Assembly: GCF_002105155.1 (NCBI RefSeq)
Contig: NW_019028997.1
Span: 620,001-684,000 of the forward strand
Direction: 5' to 3'
Origin: Lobosporangium transversale
Taxonomy: Eukaryota
DNA length: 64,000 bases
Part shown: positions 26,105 to 39,204 of the stretch, one piece after another
Layout of the letters: each line of letters starts with the position of its first letter
How positions within the stretch are numbered: the first letter of the stretch is position 1
The notes under the pieces: generated by a model
Databases searched by the model: none
The model's input: the letters and a program-made list of their open reading frames with translations, nothing else
Told to the model about the DNA's origin: nothing
Made by a program: the position numbers and the translations under genes

Positions 26105-27166
26105 AGATAAAATAGACGAAAGCAATGAAAAAAAGAAAAAAGGTTCGAGGAAGATGGAAGCAGGGATTCAAAAGATATAGGTGTGGAGAAAGTAGTACAG
26201 TAAATCAAAGCGGTAGACGCAACTTTTTTTAAAGCTTCACATGGTCCAAAATAAATTAAATTAAGGGACAACTGGCCCGCACAAATCCCATGTAAAGTGA
26301 TTGTAGGCAAATCCACAATACAGCACAAGTGCACCATGCCCTCTGAAGAGCTGAAGTCTGTACAGCCAATGTCAGAACATGTATACTATCTAGACAGGTT
26401 CTGAAATACTAAAAGATCTATATGATATACTCCGTTACCATTGTTTATTTATTTATTTATTTGGTCTTTTATTATTTTTCTTTGCTCTAAGAACGGTATT
26501 GTTCGAGCGTATCAAAACTATGATCCTTTCACTTACAAATTTGTGAAGGGAGAGTCGATCTCCCTAATCATTCTTTTCCCAAGCGCTTCGCAGGGCTAAC
26601 GCGGAAACCCGTCGCAGTTCTCACTGCTGCCGTTATGGGTTTAAGCTTATTGGGTCGCATTTGAGATGTACCATATGCGCAAGGCATTTCCCACTAGTAT
26701 TTTCAGGACCATATTTCAAGGAGCTGGTGTGACTGGTTTGCCGGCAACGTACGCTGGCAAAATATCTATGAATGCCAACAGCACTATCCTAGCAATGTGA
26801 GCCTGCGATCAATCGTTTTTTTTTTTTTAATAAATATTTTTTGACCAGAATGGAGGCTGACTCGGCAACATACCTTTAGCAGTAAAGAAATCACTAAGGA
26901 GGTAGGAAATAATAGAGATGGATACTAGCTTGGGCGGGATAAGGTGGAAGTTGGGAAATGCGCAGAGGAGTGGAGGCTATTTAAAGATGAATAAAGTGGC
27001 ATCGTGATGATAGAGCTTGATACATGGATTTTACTGATTTTTTACTGATTGATTTTTGCGGTTGGTTTTTGTTTGGTTTTTAATGGTTGATTTTTATTGA
27101 TTGTGATGGCTGGTTTTCCATAACTATTTAAGGGTTGGAATGTGCACAAAGCGTGAGTTGATCCGC

Positions 27167-27218
<52 letters not shown>
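27167..27218. repeat. (CAA)n microsatellite, about 17 units
   Basis: Directly visible; intergenic. Confidence 0.95.
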
Positions 27219-27750
27219 GCAGCATTGTCCAACTCGAAAGTCCTTCTTTTTTTTTTTTTCTTTTTTTTCGCCTCAAATAGTAAATGTCATCTTGGCTCTA
27301 TAGCCCATGCACATGAGGCCGTACATTATTGACGATGTATGCTTGATCTGTTTATTAGCTTATGTTATTCATGAACCGATATTTATACATTGAGCGCAAT
27401 ATTAAGTGCATAGCAAGCGTTTAATATATTACAGTTGTTTCCAGACGATCATCAACCTATTTTCATGAGTCTATACCCATGATACTACTAAATAAAACGA
27501 ACTCTCAGCAGCATTGGTATGCTAAGATTTCCTTTTAAAGAGAGAGACCAGACAGCGAAGGTTCAAAAGGCACCAATGTTATGAGCGTTTGTTACTATCA
27601 GTCAGCTTATTTGGATCAAACTAACATTCTTAACTATCGACTATATTGATGACCAAACCAATCAAATAAATCTAGCAATGACCCATGTTTATCAGCCAAC
27701 ATCGAGCGTGTTACACCACTGGGAATATTTGGGTGTCGGTTAAGGTACTC

Positions 27751-30485
27751 TCACACATGAATGGCCAAAGTCGCGTTGGTCTTGCGTGCCTCTGACAGCG
27801 CAAGGGCTCCTGCGCGCCTGATTGATTTGTACGGCAAGTCCAAACAAGTCAAGGTTGTGTTAACCTTGAGCGCCTCTGACAGCGCAAGGGCTCCTTCGCT
27901 CTCAAAAAAGTTGCCATCCAAGTCCAAAGTAGTCAGGGTTGTGTTAGCCTTGAGTGCCTCTGACAGTGCAAGGGCTCCTTCATCCCCAATTGAGTTGAAC
28001 CCCAAGTTCAAACAAGTCAAGGTTGTGTTAGCCTTGAGTGCCTCTGACAGTGCAAGGGCTCCTTCGTCCCCAATTGAGTTCCCATCCAAGTTCAGAGTAG
28101 TCAGGGCTGTGTTAGCCTTGAGTGCCTCTGACAATGCAAGGGCTCCTTCGTTCCCAATTAAGTTGGGCTGCAAGTTCAAAGTAGTTAAGGCTGTGTTAGC
28201 CTTGAGTGCCTCTGACAGTACAAGGGCTCCTTCATCCCCAATTTCTTTACTACTGAAGCTCAAAGAAGTCAAGGTTGTGTTCGTCTTCGACAGCAACAGA
28301 ATTCCTTCCTTTCCAAGCGAGTCGTAATCCAAGTCCAAAGTGACCAAAGTTGTATTGGTCTTGAGTACTTCTAACAGTGCAAGAGCTCCTTCCTTCCTAA
28401 TGGAGTTGCCCATCAAATCTAGTGTGATCAAAGTCCTGTTAGCCTTGAGTCCTTCTGATAGTGCCATGACTCCTTCATCTCCAATTAAGTTGTTCCTCAA
28501 GTTCAAAGTAGTCAAACATCTGTTAGCCTTGAGTGCCTCTGACAGTGCCAGAGCTCCTCCAGCCATAACTGAATTATCCCTCAAGTTCAACATGGTTATA
28601 GCCGTATCGGCCTTGAGTATATTTGCGAGTGATTGTAAGCCACTAGTGGTAATAAATCGAGGCTTCATCTCAATAGTTAGCTTTTGAAGGTGTGGTGACC
28701 TGCTGAGCTGTAAACTGGGGGCCTTTATAGTGTTCGGAGGTAAAACAATATGGATCGTCTTCATGCTGCTAAGTTCTGTGATGTGAACAAGCATTCCATA
28801 TCGCGGGGTTGTCGAAAGTAATTTCTCGGTAGTCCTTTCTTGAAACTCTCCGAGTTCAAGTCGAAGGGCCGATACACTTGACTTCTTTAGTGCTTCTTCA
28901 AATCCTTCAAGATCAGCTTTGGTCCAATTCCAGTCAAAGATGATATCCAACTCGTAAACACGTCTTGCATTGGCCAGCGCATTGAAGAATTCTTCAGCTG
29001 TGGTTTTGGATTTCAATGTGATGATCACTTTGCCAAGGTGCAAGTTATATTCGCCGCCATTCAACTCCACTACCTTTTTGAACACTCTCCGTTCTGCTTC
29101 TCCATATGTCCAACGATAGTGATCAAAACAGACCCATTTGACATGGCCTGTCTCTGTCGTGATCCTGTACAAGTTGCCAAGTTGATTGCCTTCGTCGTTG
29201 TTTTCAAGGAACTTCCCCAATTGCCGAAGATCGGCTCCTTCAAGTGCCTCACACTCATCGATTTTGTTGATCTTGCTCAAGACTGGGTACTCATTAGAGA
29301 GCGCCTCCATATATTTGATCGCATAGTCGATACCGGCATCGAGATTTGGAGTTGGTGTCAGAGAAGTTGTCAAGGGCATCCCCATCTTGAGAGAATGTAA
29401 AAGGATGAGCATGTACTTTCCATACTTGCGAAAGAACTCTGTGCTGTTTCGGATGTCATATCCTTCATGTTTGGCAATATGGATCTGGTTCTGATTGCTT
29501 TTGCTTATCGTTGCAGTGTGCTCTCCACATTCACAAAGGAAACGAAGGCGAACCTTACTCCTCAGAATATTCCTTGGGTCCCATTTGGTGGTGTCGACAG
29601 GAAGGACTATGAAGAGTCGAGGGATTGGATACTCAAGTAACTCAAAGTTCTGGACAAGGATAGCACTAGCATGTCTTTGAAGAATGGCAAGTCTGTCGAG
29701 GGCTTGATACGCAGTTTAAGCATCTCGTTGCTCTTCTCCACAGCCTCTTGCTGTAGTTTAAGCATTTTATCATTCTTCTCCTCAGCCTCCCGTTGTAATT
29801 TAATTATTTCGTTGTCCTTTTCCGTAGCCTCCCGTTGCAGCTTAAGCATTTCATCATCCTTCTTTCTGGCTTCCAGTAACAGGTCAATCACCATGTTGCT
29901 CTTTTCTAACATCATCTCCGCAATCGTTTTAAGGCTAGAGTTGATCATCTCAGTTTGTGCGTTGTCGCGAGTAGTAAGGATTGAGTTGAAAGAATGAACC
30001 AAGTTTGATAATGGGTAAAATATCCTGGGAGGCTAGATTGGTTGGTACTCCCAACGCGGACAAACTGATGACGGCCATGCTGTTGCTGCTGGCGCTGGTG
30101 CTACTATTACTGCTGCTATTACAGTTGCAGGCCTGTGGTTCTGCTGTAATGACGTCCAGGATTTTGTCAGGATAGAACGCAATGCGTGGGGGTTCGATTC
30201 TAGTAGGACGAAAGAAAAATCAAAGTTAGGATACGCACTTACTTTTTGTTCCTGAGCAACACAAATGGTAAAATAAAACTCTTACCTGTTACCATTAGAG
30301 TCTTGAAGGAACAGGATGGGATGTCCATCCAACTTGAATCGCTGTGCATCTGGAAACACATCCTGAATGTCTTGCAAACACACATAGTATGACGAGTCGC
30401 CATTGCTTGCCGAGATGGAAGCAATCCTGACACCGACTTCTTCAATGATGTCAGCTTTTCGGAATCGTTGGTATTGTTGGGTCAT
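27751..30485 (-). pseudogene. LRR-family gene with 10 LRRs and two frameshifts in the N-terminal linker/coiled coil
   Basis: Exon 1 30485-30286, intron 30285-30200. One extra C near 30014 (ttacccatt vs ttaccatt in the 60912 copy) and a 1-nt loss near 29708, with a TGA in the shifted frame between them. Core and LRRs are open to 27751. The indels could be sequencing errors. Confidence 0.8.
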
Positions 30486-32938
30486 GGAGATGAGTCGAGG
30501 GATGATGATGAAAAGGAAGAATGAAAAGATTCGTTCATTCTATTTTTTATGCATTTTCTTTTTTTTGCTTCGCCATTTGGTGACGCAGGTGAGAAATATG
30601 GCTGTAACGTACTTTCTTGTTGTTTAGAGCTTGATCTTGCTTGACATACTAGTTGTTTTTCCATCCATGGATACGATCCACTTGTGTCCTTGGCTTAAAG
30701 TAAAGTGCTCCTTGTTGAAGGCAAAGATGCTTTCGAATGATGTTGCATCGATTATGACCAGACATGGTTATACCAACCAACAATGCCCTGCTTACGAAAG
30801 ATAGTTCAGGCTTCGAGCTACCGACTACTATGTTAAGCAATAATGGCAGATAACGGAGCGATGACTATAAAATATCTGTAGTTTGCAATGGTACTCTAGT
30901 CAAGTTGATAAGAGCGGTAGCTCATAGCTTTATATTGACTTCTGATGAAAAGGTGATGATCTGAAATTAGAGTATATGGCCCAGCACAATACGAAAGCTG
31001 ATACTTTGATCATAAATTTGGACCGCTGCTGTCAATATCCAATATCAAAACCGAAAATGCCATATGATTTTTACTTTACATAGCTGCCTCAGGGAGAGAG
31101 CTTGGTCGACAGATGTATTGGAGCATCTGTGCAGCATGGACTTTCATACAAGCGGGTCAAGACTTATAAAAAGCAGAGGTTTGACTTGTCCGATTTGCAC
31201 TTCCAGAGCTGAGTAAATGACTAGGTATACTATCCTTACCAATATCACAATAATGGTGATAGACCATATCCTCCAAAGCTATCAACTCTTCAAGACCAAA
31301 AAGATACCATGGCGCCAAATCCATGGTGATGAAGCAAGTCCTTGTGGAGATATTAAAGTAACAGTAAAAAATAACTAAAACACTCACTCAGTTATGCGTG
31401 TTAGTGTATGAAGAGCAAGTCTTGTCCAGACAAACAACGGCCCACTTCGTACTCAATGGCTTTTAGTTTTTCTTTGTTGTTCAATCGAGTCGAGCAGGAG
31501 AGACTTATTAATGGAGCTATATAGCTTATCATAAAATATCCTTTCAGAGAGAGGGGAGTATTCGAAACTCATTTGGATGCGTCGCACATAAAGAGCGACT
31601 TGGACAAGTAATTCTTCAGACTTAGGTCTATTCAATCGGGAATAATATTTGGAGAATGCTTGGAAACGCGACAAAAGGGAGGCTAACTCATTTGTGAAGA
31701 CATATGGAAGATATGTTGTAGATGATTAGAGGAGCATATACGGATAGTGAGGATAGTATGTAAGAGAGCGAGATTCAAGAAAATGAAGTAAAATTATTTT
31801 TTATTTCTTATTTTTATTTATTTTTATTTTCAATATTTTGTTTTTATATTTATTTTTATTTTTATTTTTATTTTTTATTTCTTATTTTTTATTTTATTTT
31901 TTATTTTATTTTTTATTTCTTATTTTTTATTTCCTTAATTTAATTCTTATTTTATTTCTATTTACTATTTGTTTTTTTTTTTTTTATTATTTTGTTTAAT
32001 GATTTAATTTTATCTCACTTCTTTGTTTAAAAAATATAACAAGGCCAGAGTCAATAGCTGAATATCTATTTGTTCATGCTTATGCTTCCATATGCGAAGA
32101 GAAGGGAGGCGGACATTAAGAGAACATTATGACTTGTTGATGACACTTATCGCTTGTGGAGCTGCAAATGACGATAGTAAGCATACATTTATTTAAATGC
32201 ATTGTGCTTACTATCTTTTCATATTCCACTGAATTATCTTGAATAGTACTCTTCATAATGTATTCTTATTTCATTTAATCCTTTATAATGCTTTCGATTT
32301 GCGCAGTCAGCCTCTTCAAAGGAAAGGAAGACAAACTTGGCTGGTGTTGTCAAGATACTCTGCCTCTATTCTTGATCAAGGGCTGGCTGCCTGTGAGCAT
32401 GGGTGTGTAAATACAACCGTCACTATGCTTATGTTATGGACCTTTGTCCTGTTTAGTTTAACCACATCACACTACATGTTGCTCGTTGCTCATTGTCTAA
32501 ATAAGTTTCTTCCCTTGGAGTATGGGAGGTCTTTGCTTGCTCTGGTACCAAGAGGTATGAGAGGAGTATAGATGACATCAGAAGCGGATAATGAGCGGCA
32601 TAGACTCCATGCATCTGCTGCTATTCGCTGTCTCAATTTCTAAATTTTTGCCACCAACAGGACGGACCAATAGATGTGAGAGATGTAAGGGCAATGGACG
32701 CGCGCACATCACATGAATCTCTCTCGGCTCTTTTTGCTTGACCCTTCTTCTCCCTTGCTTCGTCTCTTTCACTATACAATCTCAGCATTAAATCGAATAT
32801 TGAATCGATAGAGCGATGAACAACGTTGGATGATGTCACTTGCCTCTTGGCTTTCAAAAACGAACATTTATAAAGGTGTCATCTGTCCACTCTTTCTCTT
32901 TTTCTTCTTTTCTTTATCCTTCAACCACTTTGACGAAA

Positions 32939-33235
32939 ATGAAAGGTAAGAAGCTCCACTCCCAAAAGAAAAAGATAAAAAAAACATATCCACTCTTACT
33001 TGATAAGAAAAAAAAATAATGACCACAGCTCTCATACTTTGTGTTAACTGACTGTGATGCTAACTTTTTCTTTCTTTTCTTTTCTCTTTCGCTTTCTTTT
33101 TCAGTCACTACAACCACAATAAGAGCTACCACGTCCCTTGACAGGCATCCAGGCTCTTGGCCTCTCTTCTGGCCGAACCTAGGACCGGCCTTCCCCAAGC
33201 CCGACGAAGGGCTTTGGTCGATGCCGATCCCATAA
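32939..33235 (+). CDS. Putative spliced 45-aa microprotein (copy 2): MKVTTTTIRATTSLDRHPGSWPLFWPNLGPAFPKPDEGLWSMPIP
   Basis: TATAAA near 32869, ATG 32939, intron 32946-33104 (gtaag donor, gctaac branch, long pyrimidine tract, cag). Exons join in frame; TAA ends at 33235. Confidence 0.4.
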
Positions 33236-34275
33236 AAACCAGAAAAACCCAAAAAAATCGAAAAAACACGAAAAACCAAAAAAAATCCATAAAACACAAA
33301 AACCAAAAAAAATCCATAAAACACAAAAACCAAAAAAAACTATAAAACAAAAAAGACCAAAAAAATCATAAAAAAAAAAGACCCAAAAAAAACATTATAA
33401 AAAACAAAAACAAAAAAAAAGTATTAAAAAGAATTAAAAAAGCAAAAAAAAATGCATAAAAAAAACAAAAAGCAAACAAAAAAAAATATAAAAATACAAA
33501 AAGCAAAAAAAAATATAAAACTAAAAAAAAGCCGAAAAAAACAAAAAAAATAAGAAAAAAAAAAAAAAAAATTTAATAACTAATATTTAATATGTAACAT
33601 TATAATATTTACTCATAATATGTAACACTATAATATGTACCAATATAATGTGTACATTATAATAATAACAACTATATTAATCAAGGTGTTTAAGGTGTCT
33701 AAGGTGTTCAGGATGCTCAAGGCGCCAAGGTACCCAAGGCCTGCTAGACACAAGATATCCAAGATACCCTAAGGCGTCTAGAAGGCTCGATACATCCAAC
33801 GGTACCCAATATACCCTCCGAAACACCCGAAGAACTCTGGACACAAGGCACTCAAGACACCAAAGATACCCAAGGCATCCTAGATACTTAACGCACTTGA
33901 TACACTAGAGATAGTCAAAATAGCCAACATTAATCCTCAAGACCCTTATACCCTAGTCGTAGTTGTTAAAATAATAAATAAAAAGAATAAAAATTATAAA
34001 CCATCGTATTTAAATATTCTCCCTATAAGCGCAGACGGAATGCGAAAATGGATGTTAACCAACAGTGCTTTTGCCAGGTTCAAAAACCGAATATGAGGTT
34101 GCGTGTGTGGAGGAAAACGAACGGCTGCGCGATTTAGTTATTTTTTACAGGTGCATTGGATCACTCATCACGCCCAATTGTTTTTGGTGGCATTTTTTTA
34201 AATTTATTTTATACAACGGGGAGCCTCCATCAACGTTAGCACGTTAGAATCCCCTTGCAAGGGGAGAAAGAGTAA

Positions 34276-34334
34276 ACGTCGAAAGATCAAAAGGCAACGT
34301 CGGAATGAATGCTTGGCTACTGCAAGTCAGTTAT
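34276..34334 (-). other. Degenerate 25S/28S rRNA domain V fragment
   Basis: Reverse complement aligns without gaps at 49/59 to recalled LSU ATAACTGGCTTGTGGCAGCCAAGCGTTCATAGCGACGTTGCTTTTTGATCCTTCGATGT. Confidence 0.78.
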
Positions 34335-34397
34335 TTATTTGGACTGAATAATATTCAAACATCATTATGATGCTCAAGTCATCCAACCTGCTATCAT

Positions 34398-37300
34398 TTA
34401 GACTGCTACAGTCAAAGTGGTGCTATTCTTCAGTGCCTTCGATAGCGCATGAGCTCCTTCATCCCCAATTGAGTTGCACCACAAGTTCAAAGTAGTCAGG
34501 GTTGTATTAGCCTTGAGTGCCTTTGACAGTGCAATTGCTCCTTCAGCTCCAATTGAGTTGCATGCCAAGTTCAGAGTAGTCAAAGCTGTGTTAGCCTTGA
34601 GTGCCTCTGACAGTGCAAATGCTCCTTCCTTTCCAATTAAGTTATTGGGTAAGTCCAAAGCGTTCAGGGTTGTGTTAGCCTTGAGTGCCTCTGACAGTGC
34701 AAGTGCTCCTTCATCCCCAATTGAGTTGTCCCGCAAGTTCAAAGTAGTCAGGATAGTGTTAACCTTGAGTGCATCTGACAGTGCAAGCGCTCCTTCCTCC
34801 TCAATTGAGTTGTCCTGCAAGTTCAAAGTAGTCAAGGCTGTGTTAGCCTTGAGTGCCTCTGACAGTGCAAGAGCTCCTTCCTTCTCAATTGAGTTGTGCG
34901 ACAAATTCAAAGCAGCCAGGGTTGTGTTAACCTTGAGTGCCTCTGACAGTGCAAGAGCCCCTTCCTTCTCAATTGAGTTGCCTTCCAAGTTCAGGGTAGT
35001 CAAAGCGATGTTATTCTTGAGTGCCTCTGACAGTGCAAGTGTTCCTTCCTTTCCAATTAAGTTATTGGACAAGTCCAAAGCGTTCAGAGTTGTGTTAGCC
35101 TTGAGCGCCTCTGACAGTGCAAGAGCACCTTCATTCCCAATTGAGTTGCTGAACAAGTCTAAAGTAGTCAGGATAGTGTTAGCCTTAAGTGCCTCTGACA
35201 ATGCAAGAGTTCCTTCGTACCCAATTGAGTTGCCCTGCAGGTCCAAAGCAGTCAAGGCTGTGTTAGCCTTGAGCGCATCTGACAGTGCAAGAGCACCTTC
35301 ATTCCCAATTGAATTGCCTTCCAAGTTCAGGGTAGTCAAAGCGGTGTTATTCTTGAGTGCTTCTGACAGTGCAAGTGCTCCTTCCTTCTCAATTGAGTTG
35401 CGCGACAAGTTCAAAGCAGCCAGGGTTGTGTTAACCTTAAGTGCCTCTGACAGTGCAAAAGCCCCTTCCTTCTCAATTGAGTTGCCTTCCAAGTTCAGAG
35501 TAGCCAAAGTTGTGTTAATCTTGAGTGCCTCTGACAATGCCAGCGCTCCTTCATTCTCAATTAAGTTATTGGACAAGTCCAAAGTAGTCAAGGCTGTGAT
35601 AGCCTTGAGTGCCTCTGATAGTGCAAGAGCTCCTTCATTCCCAATGGAGTTGCTGAACAAGAGCAAAGTATTCAGGGTAATGTTAGCCTTGAGTGCCTCT
35701 GACAGCGCAAGAGTTCCTTCCTTCCCAATTGAGTTGTCTTCCAAGTTCAGAGTAGTCAAGACTGTGTTAACCTTGAGTGCCTCTGACAGTGCAAGTGCTC
35801 CTTCATACCCAATTGAGTTGCCCTGCAGGTCCAAAGTAGTCAAGGCTGTCTTAGCTTTGAGTGCCTCTGACAGCGCAAGAGCTCCTTCCTTCCCAACTGA
35901 GTTGTACCGCAAGTCCAAAGCAGTCAGGGTAATGTTAGCCTTGAGTGCCTCTGGCAGTGCAAGTGCTCCTTCCTTCCCAATTGCATTAAATCTGAAGTTC
36001 AAAGAAGTCAAGGTTGTGTTCGTCTTCGACAGCAACAGAATTCCTTCCTTCCCAAGCGAGTCGTACTCCAAGTCCAAAGTGACCAAAGTTGTATTGGTCT
36101 TGAGCACTTCTAACAGTGCAAGAGCTCCTTCCTTCCCAATGGAGTTGCCCATCAAATCTAGTGTGGTCAAAGTCCTGTTAGCCTTGAGTCCCTCTGATAG
36201 TGCCATGACTCCTTTATCTCCAATTAAGTTGTTCCTCAAGTTCAAAGTAGTCAAACATCTGTTGGCCTTGAGTGCCTCTGACAGTGCCAGAGCTCCTTCA
36301 ACCATAACTGAATTATCCCTCAAGTTCAACATGGTTATAGCAGTATCGGTCTTGAGTATATTTGCGAGTGATTGAAAGTCACTAGTGTTAATCAATCGAG
36401 GCTTCATCTCAATAGTTAGTTTTTGAAGGTGTGGTGGCCTGCTGAGCTGTAAACTGGGGACCTTTATAGTGTTCGGAGGTAAAACAATATGGATCGTCTT
36501 CATGCTGCTAAGTTTTGTGATGTGAACAAGCATTCCATATCGCGAGGATGTCGAAAGTAATTTCTCGGTGGTGCTTTCTTGGAACTCTCCGAGTTCAAGT
36601 CGAAGGGCCGATATACTTGACTTATTTAATACTTCCTCCAAAGCTTCAAGATCAGCTTTGGTCCAATTCCAGTTAAAGATGATATCCAACTCGTAAACAC
36701 GTCTTGCATTGGTCAGCGCATTGAAGAATTCTTCAGCTGTGGTTTTGGATTTCAATGTGATGGTCACTTTGCCAAGGTACGAGTCATATTCACCGCCATT
36801 CAACTCCACTGCTTTTTCGAACGCTTTCTGTTCTGCTTCTCTATATGTCGAGCGATAGTGATCGAGACAAACCCATTTGACATGACCTGCTTCGGTCGTG
36901 ATCCTGTACAAGTTACCAAGTTGATTGCCTTCATCATTTGTTTGAAAGAATGTTCCCAGTTGTCGAAGATCGGCTTCTTCAAGTACCTTATAGTCATCAA
37001 TTGTGGTGATGTTGCTCAAGACCGGATGTACATTGGAAAGCGCTTCCATATATTTGACCGAGTAGTTGATAGCGGCATCGACATTCGGGATTGGTGCCAG
37101 AGAAGCCGTCGGAGACGATGTATCCTTGAGACAGTGTAAAAGGGTGAGCATGTATTTTCCATACTTGCGATAAAACTCCATACTGCTTCGAACTTCATAT
37201 CCATTATGGTTGGCAATATGGATTTGGCTCTGGCTGCTTGTCGTTGCGGAGTGATCCCCACATTCACAGAGGAAATAAAGGCGAAACTTCTTTTTCAAGA

Positions 37301-37932
37301 TATTCCTTGGATTCCACTCGGTCTGCTGGATAGGTAAAATAATAAAAAGTCGCGGGATTGGACACTCGTGTAGCTCAAGGCTCTGGACGAGGATGGCGTT
37401 AACATGCTTTTGAAGGATAGCAAGTCTGTCGAGGGCTTGACGTTGGAGTTCTTTAGGTATCTCATTACTCTTCTCCTTAGTCTCCTGTTGTTGTGGTTCC
37501 TCCAAGGAAGACAAGTTAGTGACAATATTACTATTGCTGGACTGCGACGTTCCCGTAATGATGTCCAGGATCTTGTGAGGATAGAAAGCAATGCGTGGAG
37601 GTTCGATTCTAATAGAATAAGAAAAGAAAGACATGAATGTCCAATCGAGTTCACTTATTTGGTTCTTTTTTCTTTCCAAGGCAATTGACAAGGCACCTTG
37701 ATAAAGTAAATATTATACTATACCTGTTGCCATTAGAGTCTTCAAGGAATGGGATGGGATCTCCATCGGATTTGAAATGTATTGCCTCTGGAAACATGTC
37801 TCGAATGTCCGTCAAATCCACATAGAATGTCAAGTCGCCATTGCTTCGAGAGGTGGAATCAATTCTGACACAAACTTGTTCAATCGTTCCAGTGCCAGCC
37901 TGTCGGAACTGTTGGTAATGAATTTGTGTCAT
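34398..37932 (-). CDS. Intact LRR-family protein, about 1139 aa, about 23 RNI-like LRRs
   Basis: Exon 1 37932-37724, intron 37723-37609, exon 2 37608-34398 (3420 nt, in frame). Header, CECGDH/WVCLDHY core and 28-aa LxxLxLxxNxIGxEGALALSEALKxNxx repeats. Confidence 0.92.
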
Positions 37933-38499
37933 TTTTCTTTTTTTCTTTTTTTTTGGTGATTATTCGATGAATGATGACAAGCTGAAGGGTTTTCTCATTT
38001 TCATTTTCTGAGCAATGGAGTCGCCGACCATCTTTTTTTTTTTGTCTGGCTTTACCGCTTGAGTACAAAAGTACAAGGATACAGGTCTGTCGAATGCATT
38101 CATCTGCTGTGCCTAATAAATTAGAAAAGCTATCCACATGCACATGCAGTCTTTGATTGGCTCTCAAATGATGACTACAGACACAATTAAGTGCGCCTTG
38201 GGCTGTTGATACAGTACGGACCACATAATGGCGCCGTATCATTCTCTCTTCTTGCAAATTTCCTGAAATACCACCCACCCTGACAACTGAACTAAGGTGC
38301 TTTCCTCATCCTTGTGCTTGTCCTCCCGGTCACCTTTGAGCTCTTCAACAATGTTATCTTTGTCACTGGCAGAGGGTACTTTGTGAAATATTCCTCAATC
38401 GATGGTCTACTGTAGTTGAAAGGAGTATCTGTTCCGTATAAACGCTAATGGAGGAGTTAATCCTCATGTGGGAACTAACGGAAGGCGTAGCTGGAGGGA

Positions 38500-39200
38500 G
38501 ATCATACGGAGAGTATGGACAGTGTATAGGAGAGCGAGAAAATGAATTAAGTCCAAGGGTTCCAGGAAATGAAGTAAGGAATTTTTTTATTTTTATTTTA
38601 CATTTTTTATTTTTATTTTACATTTTTTATTTTTATTTTACATTTTTTATTTTTATTCCATATTTTATTTTTTATTCCATATTTTTTATTTCGTATTTTT
38701 ATTTGTTTTTTATTTATTTTATATTTATTTTGTTTAAAAAATATAGCAAGGCCAGAGTCAATAGCTGAATATCTACTTGTTCATGCTTATGCTTATGCTT
38801 CCATATGCGAAGAGAAGAAAGGCGGACATTAAGAGAACATTATGACTTGTTGATGACACTTATCGCTTGTGGAGCTGCAAATGACGAGAGTAAGCATACA
38901 TTTATTTAAATGCATTGTGCTTACTATCTTTTCATATTCCACTGAATTATCTTGAATAGTACTCTTCATAATGTACTCTTACTTCATTTAATCGCAGTCA
39001 GCCTCTTCAAAGGAAAGGAGGGAAAGACAAACTTGGCTGGTGTTGTCAAGATACTCTGCCTCTATTCTTGATCAAGGGCTGGCTGCCTGTGAGCATGGGT
39101 GTGCAAATGCGGTGCCACTGTGCTTATGTTATGGGCCTTTGTCCTATTTACTTTAGCCACATCACACTACATGTTACTTGTTGCTCATTGTCCAAATAAA
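38500..39200. repeat. Third copy of the dispersed repeat (same orientation as about 31730-32505, inverted to about 4880-5650)
   Basis: Long near-identical blocks such as caaggccagagtcaatagctgaatatcta and ggcggacattaagagaacattatgacttgttgatgacac. Confidence 0.92.
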
Positions 39201-39204
39201 TGTT

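Larger units (their letters stand above)
31138..34470. repeat. Inverted segmental duplication A, right arm
   Basis: Reverse complement of about 2880-6248. Confidence 0.95.

Noticed and set aside
34398..36340. Regular 84-nt periodicity with constant and variable parts, superficially CRISPR-like
   Set aside because: Units are in-frame LRR codons in a spliced eukaryotic gene; no cas genes.
34474..36375. Long antisense ORFs over LRR arrays (633 aa here; also 6170, 7559, 27761, 62522)
   Set aside because: Shadow of a repeated 84-nt unit that rarely contains a stop in that antisense frame; no independent coding signal.
34398..37932. Canonical NLR (NLRC3-like) or RanGAP call for the LRR family
   Set aside because: No Walker A/NACHT/NB-ARC motifs and no RanGAP features; similarity is confined to RNI-type LRRs.
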